Shown in pieces: positions 57,091 through 64,000 of a stretch of 64,000 nt of DNA. The notes beneath the pieces were generated by a model that was given only the letters and a program-made list of their open reading frames with translations, made no database searches and was not told the DNA's origin. Position 1 is the first letter of the stretch; every line of letters begins with the position of its first letter. The position numbers and the translations under genes are program-made. This DNA is from a virus: positions 7,818 to 71,817 of the IMG/VR virus record IMGVR_UViG_3300012930_000002, one strand, 5' to 3'.

Positions 57091-57360
57091 TCAATTCAGA
57101 CAAAACCCACTCTCGATCAACATATCAATCCACGAGCACGAGCCGCAGTGAGTAGCACCATACGCGCATTTCAACGTGCGGCTATCGTAATCACATTGAT
57201 TGTAATCACCGCCACCCGCGATACAAGCAGAGTAGTACGCCGTAGATGCTTGCTGTGCAGCCTCCATGCAATCGCCGCAGGAATCGCGGGCAAGGGCGGT
57301 ACGATCTGTTGGTGCAAAGAAGAGTACAAGAACAACAAGTAACAGGGCTATTCGTTTCAT
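57091..57360 (-). CDS. Secreted Cys-rich small protein
   Basis: Signal peptide MKRIALLLVVLVLFF...ALA; eight Cys in the mature part. Confidence 0.7.
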   Translation of the reverse strand: MKRIALLLVVLVLFFAPTDRTALARDSCGDCMEAAQQASTAYYSACIAGGGDYNQCDYDSRTLKCAYGATHCGSCSWIDMLIESGFCLN

Positions 57361-57361
57361 A

Positions 57362-57922
57362 TTAGTACCCCAACACCGTCTTCATCTGTGCGGCCTTCGC
57401 AGTCTCACCGGCAGTGTTGTAATGAATACCATCTGTCGTGTTTGTCGCCCCGTCATCCGCGCCTTTCAGCCAAACACGTTCGTCATCACCAGCTCGCGCA
57501 AACGGCCTTGCTGCAATGACCTCATCAACCCATCCCGCGTAGGTATCGGCGGTTGAATCGAAGCCGCGTTTCCAAGGCTTGGTAATGTAAACCAGCACAG
57601 CGGGCCAATGGGTGTGAATCGCATCAATAGCTGTTTCAACATCAGCGACCCACTGGGCATGCGTTGCAATACCGAAGTCGTTGACGCCGATGTTGTAAAG
57701 ACAGATGACGTGATTATCGAGTTGAGCCGCAAGAATTGTAGCGATATTCGCCGCCCAATAACTCGCCGTCGTCGCCGAGGCTGCGACGTTATCCCCGGCA
57801 AATTGCGGACTTGGAGAAGCCGCTGTGTTGAGATTAGTAACAAGGGTAACAGGCCAAGTGTTGAAATTAGGCTGAGTATTACTATCGCCGACAAAGAATA
57901 TTCGCTGTTGATTAGTTGCATC
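57362..57922 (-). CDS. SGNH/GDSL hydrolase domain without its own start (+1 frame of the upstream fibre gene)
   Basis: DATNQQRIFFVGDSNT...YNIGVND...TDGIHYN; frame opens after TAA at 57940-57938 with no ATG/GTG/TTG before the catalytic Ser. Confidence 0.75.
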   Translation of the reverse strand, partial: DATNQQRIFFVGDSNTQPNFNTWPVTLVTNLNTAASPSPQFAGDNVAASATTASYWAANIATILAAQLDNHVICLYNIGVNDFGIATHAQWVADVETAIDAIHTHWPAVLVYITKPWKRGFDSTADTYAGWVDEVIAARPFARAGDDERVWLKGADDGATNTTDGIHYNTAGETAKAAQMKTVLGY

Positions 57923-58847
57923 AAAACCCTCCGCAGATTAACTGCAGTTTCTCCCCCGCCGTGAAGATCGTCGTGGTCAGGACGGCTGTTGTGGTCGTTG
58001 TGGCAACCTTGATTGCCGTGGTGGTTGTTTGAGCAGCGCAAGTACAAGCTGGAGCGGTCGCGTATGCAGTCCCGAATGTTACCGTCACCGTAGTTGTGCT
58101 ACCAGTCCCCACGGTGATAGTGGAGGCGAAATCCTTACCTGCGATGGAGCCGTTAGAGCTTCCGTCACCTGCAACGGTCGGCGAAGTACCATTGCCAAGG
58201 AAGTGTTTACCAGTGATGGTTCCGAGCCCGACAACATTACCACTTGCATCAGTAGTAAAGAATCCGCCCCCGCCGTTGAATCCTACACGAGCTGTCCATA
58301 CCCCGGCGCTACCCCCCGCTCCCGCGATACTTGCCTGGGTCGTGCCCTGGTACTTCACGTCCAGCGCATTCGCAAAGGTTGCCGCCGTGCGCTGATCTAT
58401 GATGACATTGCCGTCACTGGCTACCGAGAACCACGGCGTACCGTCTGATTGCTGAACCACGAAAGGCGCGGCGGTGGGTGTCGCCTTAGCTTGGATGACA
58501 AGAGCCTTCTGGGTAGTCGCCGAGGCGGAGAACATCGTATCAGCCAACACGTCGTTTGTAGTCGGCGTGCCAAAGCGATTAGCCGTGCCGGTAAATGTCG
58601 GGTTGATACTGAATACAAAGTTACCCGTACCGGTGGCTCCCGTTGCTGTAACCCCTTCGACCGTTGGATGACCCGTGACGGTTGGCGTGGCAAGGATTGC
58701 AGCAGCAATGTTCGCTGTGGTAATTTTCTTATTGGTTCCCGATGCAGCTAGCGAGGTATCGCTTATATCAACAACTTCAAACAGGTCGCCGACCGCGAGA
58801 GAGGTCAGGGAGCCATAGCCACTAATCAAGGTGTCCGGCATGTTCAT
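57921..58847 (-). CDS. Tail fibre/spike-like protein
   Basis: N-terminal LTSLAVGDLFEVVDISD...TNKKIT anchor motif; Thr/Gly-rich body; C-terminal VTFGTAYATAPAC. Confidence 0.7.
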   Translation of the reverse strand: MNMPDTLISGYGSLTSLAVGDLFEVVDISDTSLAASGTNKKITTANIAAAILATPTVTGHPTVEGVTATGATGTGNFVFSINPTFTGTANRFGTPTTNDVLADTMFSASATTQKALVIQAKATPTAAPFVVQQSDGTPWFSVASDGNVIIDQRTAATFANALDVKYQGTTQASIAGAGGSAGVWTARVGFNGGGGFFTTDASGNVVGLGTITGKHFLGNGTSPTVAGDGSSNGSIAGKDFASTITVGTGSTTTVTVTFGTAYATAPACTCAAQTTTTAIKVATTTTTAVLTTTIFTAGEKLQLICGGF

Positions 58848-59115
58848 CCTCCTCGCACTTGCATCGCTTCTCGCGACTGATTACCCCGTCAATATCAATC
58901 CCGTCCTTAGCCGTGAGATCGTACTTCGGTGCAAGGCGGTTCCTGATGTACGCTACGGCCCCCTGCGTTGCGACAAACTTAGTCTGGGCCTGCTGAAGGA
59001 CTTGCTGCGCTTGCTCCAATATCACTCCTGCTGCTTGCCACTCCTTCATTGCTGGCTGAAGTAGGTCCAGATCAGCCTGTTCAATCCTATCCACTGCTGT
59101 TTCTACCGCGCTCAT
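58822..59115 (-). CDS. Fibre-chaperone-like coiled-coil protein
   Basis: Paralog of 6001..6228; adjacent to the fibre gene. Confidence 0.5.
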   Translation of the reverse strand: MSAVETAVDRIEQADLDLLQPAMKEWQAAGVILEQAQQVLQQAQTKFVATQGAVAYIRNRLAPKYDLTAKDGIDIDGVISREKRCKCEEDEHAGHLD

Positions 59116-59264
59116 TACCCCTCCAATAATCGGTCGCTAGTACCGTCTTCGAGCAGCCGTCCGCTCGTGCCGTCTTCAAGTAATCGCGCACTCGCCGTTC
59201 CGCCAGGCGTTGTATCGCCTGTGGACGTGCCGGTAATCCATTGCAACCATAGCCAGATGTTCAT
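59115..59264 (-). CDS. 49-aa peptide with three RLLE(DGTS) repeats (not in ORF track)
   Basis: MNIWLWLQWITG...RLLEDGTSGRLLEDGTSDRLLEG; TAATG overlap with the next gene. Confidence 0.6.
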   Translation of the reverse strand: MNIWLWLQWITGTSTGDTTPGGTASARLLEDGTSGRLLEDGTSDRLLEG

Positions 59265-59273
59265 AGTGGCACC

Positions 59274-59606
59274 TTAGTATTTTAGTGATACAAGTATTGA
59301 TCTTGCCCCGCCCTCAGCCGACGCGCTGACAATCTTCACATACGCCCAAGGAAAGCAGCCCTGGGGAAAGCTATATCCCTTGCTTGCGGTCACGGTCTGT
59401 GAAATAACGGTGTTGGTGCTATCGTGAAGCGGAGTGTAGGTTACGTTGTCGGCACTGACGTTGAAGCTGACTGATGCACCAGTGAACGCCGAAGGAATCT
59501 GAAACCCGGCCTGTGCATATCCGCGAAAGGGAATGACGGCACTAGCGGTGTCACCGTTCGCGATGACGACTACAATGGTCTGTTGAAATCCTTGTACTCT
59601 TTCCAT
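59274..59606 (-). CDS. Small beta-sandwich virion protein
   Basis: QIPSAFTGASVSFNVSADNVTY...YVKIVS; AGGAGG Shine-Dalgarno. Confidence 0.6.
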   Translation of the reverse strand: MERVQGFQQTIVVVIANGDTASAVIPFRGYAQAGFQIPSAFTGASVSFNVSADNVTYTPLHDSTNTVISQTVTASKGYSFPQGCFPWAYVKIVSASAEGGARSILVSLKY

Positions 59607-59667
59607 CTCACCTCCTTGCCTGTCTGTCTATATTCGAGGTGTTTAGGCGCAGTGTACGCGCTTTTCG

Positions 59668-62600
59668 CTACTGCTGCAACTCCGCATCGTACTTCTGGCG
59701 CAGGCGGTCGAGGATGACAGGTGCGATGGTTGGTAGTCGCCGCTTGCCCATGCCAGTCTTAGTACGTTTTGGCTCTCCTGTTGCCGCATCCCACTTGTCC
59801 AGCACGACTTGATGCAGTTCCTCCGTGCGCTGTGTGGCAGGTAGATTGTGATAGGCTTCCAGCGCCTTCTCCAACGGCAGTTTCTTGAAGTAGCTGATTT
59901 GCGGCTCAAGTGCAGCCTCGTCGATGATCGCCTTGCGCCGTTGCGGAGTCATGGTGCCAGCATCTACCGCTGCGTCCAGCTTGCTTGTGTCGTCAGGATT
60001 CTTACGGAGCGCTTCAATAGCCTTGGCGCGAAAGTCAGTTGCCTGTGCTTTCTCTTGTGCTCCTGCGTTCTTTTCGTACGTCTGTACGCCTACACCAAAC
60101 ACAGTCGGTGTTGTTTTCAACACCGCTGCCGTCTTTGATTGCCCATGCTGTTCAGCGTCCTTCCAAGCATCGTAGGCATCCTGTACGACTATCGGCGCAA
60201 GATGCTCAAAGGCAGTTTTCCCCGGTGACGTTAGTTCCGTGCCAACCTTTTCGCCTTGAAACGTTTTACCCGTTGCTAGTTCCGCGACCCCGCCAGCTAG
60301 GGGGCTGAGTTTACTACGAAGAAATCGCAACGCCATATCGGACGGCTCGCGATTTGGAGCATTCTTTAATCCACGCGCATTGTTATAAAACCCTTTCGAC
60401 ATACCCCAGCCGAACCGCATTAGCTGTTGGAATCCTGCCAGCGCATCATAACGAGTATCGCCAACCTTGATCTTGAGAAAATCCGCATCGTCAGGGTTTA
60501 GTCCGACCTCTGCCCCGCCCGCTTTCGCCAAGGCTAGCGTACCAGCAACAACGCCCGTGAACTGCATCAGGTTCGACATCGCTACGCGTCTTGCCGCTGG
60601 GCTCATCTTGATGTAGGTAGCAGGATTGGCTAGTTGAATGCGCGAGGCAAGATAGCGCGGGCTAAAAAAGATCGCATTGAGCGCAGGCGCAACCGCGTTA
60701 CCCATCTTACCCAGATCGCCTCGACCTGTTGCGTAGTTGATAAACCTAGCGACATCCTGCATATCCTTTGGTGCGGCACCGGGATGATCCTTGACGAACT
60801 TCTTGAACGTTTGCATTCGCAGGCTATCAAGATAGCTGACATATGCCCGCTCGCTTGCCGCTACTCCTGGAATCTTCTCGGCAATGCGGCTCATGAACGC
60901 TTCTTCGCGCTGCATCAGAGAGGCGAACGAGCTGTCAGCGCGAGTGCTCAAATGCAGCCCCGCTTTCTCCGCTGTTTTCGCCAAAGCATCAGCATGCAGA
61001 GCGTTGGAAAAGGCTTCGTATTGTTTTGGCGAGAGACTACGGAGCATGTCCATTGTAGCCTTACTCGCAATCTTCCATTGTGTCGGCGGAAGGGTAAGGA
61101 TTGCGCCCTGCCGTAATGGCGCGGATAGGTCGAACGATGCAAGCAGGGCACGTGGGGCATTAGCTACATCTATAGCTTGCTGAAACCGACTTGGCTTATC
61201 AATACGAGCGAATACTCGCGCTAGTTCTTGTCGTGCCTGTCCACGTTCCTTGCCTGCCTCCGCTGCCTGCTGCATCAGTACTCGCGCTTCCGCTTCAGTA
61301 TTACCCGCTCTCATCAATCGTTGTACCCGCGTTTCGTCTAAGGCTGCTGCTCGCTCATCTCGATACATTTTGAATGATCGCTGAAACACATCACGCTTGA
61401 ACTTGTTAAATCCATCGCCAAACTCTGCACTCATTTCCTGCGCCCAAGTTGCCAAGTTCGCACCCTTACGAGCAATCTTCGTGGCCCCGATAATGACCAT
61501 ATCGTTTAAGTCGTCTATGATTGGCGCTGCACCTGCTTCTGGCCCCATCTTGCCTGATTCACTACGGGCCTTCATTCGCGCGCGTGCTTCAGCTTCCATC
61601 GTGTCAAGCTTGGCCGTGAAGCGAGATTGCCAGCCGCCCACCGTAACCTTTACTACCCGCTCTAGTTTTGGCACTTCTGCTGGTGCACCCTTTTCCAGCT
61701 CGGCAATGCGTGCATTTAACTCAGCAAATCGCTCATCTGCTGCCTTACCCCTTGCTAGTGTCTCCTGTATCTGCCGCTGCATTCCTTGAAACTCATCACT
61801 GTAGATGTTCTGACCTTTGCGTTCAGCAATGCTTCGTGCTTTGCCCACCCAGTGATCTACATCCCAAGAGGCATCAGCGAGCATCCGATGATAGACAAGA
61901 TTGCGCCCGTCCTGCGAGCGCGTAGGATAGAGCACGTCAACCAGTCCTTTAGCGTCTGCTTCAGCTTGATTCGCCTTAGCGGTTAGCTCATCAATCTTTG
62001 TTAGATCAGGATTTGCCTTAGCGGACTCAGCTCGCACCTGTTCCTGTAGCTTCACCGATTCACTATTCACACCATTAAGCCTCTGACGTGCCGCATATCG
62101 CACGGCGGGATTTAACGTCTCACCCTCTGCTGGCCGCTTTAGATTGCTAACGATTTGCGGGTCGAGGTTGCGTGCCTCTTCCTTAATTTGCTCAAAGGTA
62201 ATTCGCTGCTTCGGATTGCCGCCAGTTTCCCTGACCGCATCCGACACGGAGCTGCGGAGATTAGCTTTTTCTGCATCTGAGACGCTCAGCTTCTTGAAGT
62301 TCAGGAAATCGTCGGGATTGATCTCGGGCGGTGCTGTTAATTCTGTCGCCTCTACCGTTTCGGCTTTGGCTTTTCCTGCTTGATTTGGCGCGGCGACTTG
62401 CCTACTGGTTTGCGCTTCAGGGCGGGTAGCTGCGTTTCCTTGTAGAAGTTCGGGAACTGGCTGCGGTTGGTTGACATTGGGTTGCTCCTTTACCGGCTTA
62501 ACCTCCGAGTTCATACCTTCAAACGGAGCTGCTTGCTCTAGTCCAAGCCTGCTTATTGCATCCTCTGGCGCTTTCACATTGCGCGTTCCGTCTTGAAACG

Positions 62601-63999
62601 TAACTCTGAAATTGCTTCGACCTGTTAATTCACTTTTCGTCTGAGAGATTGAGATATGCTTACCGCTCGGTCCCTCGTTAAACTCCGGATAGAGCGATGC
62701 GATTTGTTCTTTCATCGGCGTAGCGCGTGTAAACTCTAAACGGACATCAGTAGTTCCTATAGGGCCAGCACGATACAGTTCTGGCGTTGCTTCAGATGTG
62801 GGCTGGGTCTCTGCGGGTACAAGTTCCGCTGGTTGCTCCTGCGATTTCACGAACGCCGCACGCTGATTGCCTTGAGTGCGCGGATTCTGAATGACATGGG
62901 TATCGCCTGCTTCATCTGTCACCACCAGTCGGCCATCACCGTTCTTGCCCTGAACCTTAACTTCGCCAAACTGCTCGTGATGCAGTTTACGCAGTGGCGC
63001 ATCACTGGGACCGATAATGGTTGTTTCAGGTGGTACAACTTCACCGCTCGCTGGCATCTTAATCTGAACTCGCGCTGCACCTGTCTCGTTTGGCGGTATC
63101 TTTATTTGCCCCGTTTCGACCTGTCCGCCTGTAGCGACTTCGCCCGGCTGGACGGGTTGCCCCCCTTGCCCCGTTTGATAAACGTTCTCGCCGCCAGCTC
63201 CTTCGCTTCCTTGTCGGACTTGCCCGACTTCCGGTACGACTCCTTGATTTCCTCGTATTGTTTCGGCACTTGGCACCTCCTTTGATATTGTCTCGCCCTT
63301 CAACCCATGCAGCACAGTCGGTATAAGAACCGCTCCTGCCGTACCGAGTGCGCCCGACACATCACCTGCACCAAGCTGCTCGCCAGCGCGTGCAGCAATT
63401 GGTCCCGCGAATGGTGTCAATGCAGCAACAAAATGGCCGACAATCTCAGGGTCGGCCAACGCCGCACGACCATCCTTATAACCGCGCTGCTTGGTCAGTT
63501 CCTGCGCCTTCAGATACTCGTCCCACTGTGCTTCGCCTAGCCCCTTGACCATGTCGACCGTCTTGTCCGCCACTTCGCCCGCTTTGCCCATTGCCGCCGA
63601 TTTTGCAAGGTCAAGCAAACTAGGAATTGGCGTTGCTTCGTACGCGGAACTGATTGCGTGACCGACATGACCGAGAAAAGAGCGTGACGGTGTTGGTGTC
63701 GGACCCGATGACGGACTAAGTCCGGCAAGCTGCCGTTCCCACAGCGGATATGCTCCCGGCGCTTGAACAGGTGGCTTAATGTAGTCCTTGCCAACTTCCC
63801 ATCCAGCAGCCTTGAGCGGTGCGGTGAATTGATTGCGCTGCTCACCGGTGAGCTTGTCTAACTGCCCGCCTGATTTGATTGCCTCGAATTGTGCGGCGAT
63901 TTGGTCAAGGTTGGCTTGTGGCGGTTTGGCTGCTGATTTTGGCGCAGAAGCAATTGCTGATACAGTCTTTGACGGCTGTAACTTTGACACATCGGGCAC
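59668..63999 (-). CDS. Large internal virion / DNA-ejection-like protein, probably N-terminally truncated by the window
   Basis: At least 1443 aa; disordered Q/P/E segment and helical C-terminus (ASFDLSAPLRQG, INYATGRG, DFLKIKVG, GKTFQGE, FGVGVQTY) reminiscent of large podophage virion proteins. Confidence 0.65.
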   Translation of the reverse strand: MPDVSKLQPSKTVSAIASAPKSAAKPPQANLDQIAAQFEAIKSGGQLDKLTGEQRNQFTAPLKAAGWEVGKDYIKPPVQAPGAYPLWERQLAGLSPSSGPTPTPSRSFLGHVGHAISSAYEATPIPSLLDLAKSAAMGKAGEVADKTVDMVKGLGEAQWDEYLKAQELTKQRGYKDGRAALADPEIVGHFVAALTPFAGPIAARAGEQLGAGDVSGALGTAGAVLIPTVLHGLKGETISKEVPSAETIRGNQGVVPEVGQVRQGSEGAGGENVYQTGQGGQPVQPGEVATGGQVETGQIKIPPNETGAARVQIKMPASGEVVPPETTIIGPSDAPLRKLHHEQFGEVKVQGKNGDGRLVVTDEAGDTHVIQNPRTQGNQRAAFVKSQEQPAELVPAETQPTSEATPELYRAGPIGTTDVRLEFTRATPMKEQIASLYPEFNEGPSGKHISISQTKSELTGRSNFRVTFQDGTRNVKAPEDAISRLGLEQAAPFEGMNSEVKPVKEQPNVNQPQPVPELLQGNAATRPEAQTSRQVAAPNQAGKAKAETVEATELTAPPEINPDDFLNFKKLSVSDAEKANLRSSVSDAVRETGGNPKQRITFEQIKEEARNLDPQIVSNLKRPAEGETLNPAVRYAARQRLNGVNSESVKLQEQVRAESAKANPDLTKIDELTAKANQAEADAKGLVDVLYPTRSQDGRNLVYHRMLADASWDVDHWVGKARSIAERKGQNIYSDEFQGMQRQIQETLARGKAADERFAELNARIAELEKGAPAEVPKLERVVKVTVGGWQSRFTAKLDTMEAEARARMKARSESGKMGPEAGAAPIIDDLNDMVIIGATKIARKGANLATWAQEMSAEFGDGFNKFKRDVFQRSFKMYRDERAAALDETRVQRLMRAGNTEAEARVLMQQAAEAGKERGQARQELARVFARIDKPSRFQQAIDVANAPRALLASFDLSAPLRQGAILTLPPTQWKIASKATMDMLRSLSPKQYEAFSNALHADALAKTAEKAGLHLSTRADSSFASLMQREEAFMSRIAEKIPGVAASERAYVSYLDSLRMQTFKKFVKDHPGAAPKDMQDVARFINYATGRGDLGKMGNAVAPALNAIFFSPRYLASRIQLANPATYIKMSPAARRVAMSNLMQFTGVVAGTLALAKAGGAEVGLNPDDADFLKIKVGDTRYDALAGFQQLMRFGWGMSKGFYNNARGLKNAPNREPSDMALRFLRSKLSPLAGGVAELATGKTFQGEKVGTELTSPGKTAFEHLAPIVVQDAYDAWKDAEQHGQSKTAAVLKTTPTVFGVGVQTYEKNAGAQEKAQATDFRAKAIEALRKNPDDTSKLDAAVDAGTMTPQRRKAIIDEAALEPQISYFKKLPLEKALEAYHNLPATQRTEELHQVVLDKWDAATGEPKRTKTGMGKRRLPTIAPVILDRLRQKYDAELQQ

Positions 64000-64000
64000 A

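Noticed and set aside
57466-58047. 193-aa ORF from the track
   Set aside because: Low-complexity shadow frame; the overlapping frames carry the fibre and SGNH motifs.
1-64000. Genome-wide stop-codon reassignment (TAG or TGA)
   Set aside because: Long genes are intact under the standard code and many end in TAG or TGA with coupled downstream starts; only isolated internal stops occur.
1-64000. Integrated prophage boundaries or diversity-generating retroelement
   Set aside because: No integrase, att-associated host genes, reverse transcriptase or TR/VR pair was noticed; the window is phage from end to end.

Overview
This 64 kb window is most of a tailed dsDNA bacteriophage genome, probably podovirus-like; I saw no tape measure, sheath, integrase, DNA polymerase or host housekeeping genes. 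It has three blocks. (1) Minus-strand packaging and head genes at 1-18.1 kb: TerS, TerL, portal, scaffold, major capsid and adaptor-like proteins. (2) A plus-strand early/replication arm at 18.3-52.5 kb: P4/D5-type helicase followed by iterons, Pif1-like helicase, NUDIX, three methyltransferase-like genes, SNF2 helicase with an intein, four HNH genes, a PD-(D/E)XK-AAA-SSB recombination module, RusA, an exoribonuclease, a tyrosine phosphatase and many small ORFs. (3) Minus-strand lysis, tail and ejection genes at 52.5-64 kb. Both window ends cut minus-strand virion genes. The main oddities are: a candidate phage selenoprotein (in-frame UGA followed by an fdhF-like SECIS hairpin, 48895-49146); an intein whose homing endonuclease is encoded on the antisense strand with its own promoter; a C5 methyltransferase with motif IX in a nested out-of-frame gene; a possible +1 frameshift adding an SGNH esterase to a tail fibre; a membrane FixL-like PAS protein and a highly structured RNA leader in front of the lysis genes; a tRNA-like element plus structured ncRNA at 40.6-41.0 kb; and a C4/CI-like antisense element before the helicase. 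All family calls come from reading motifs by eye; no database search was run.
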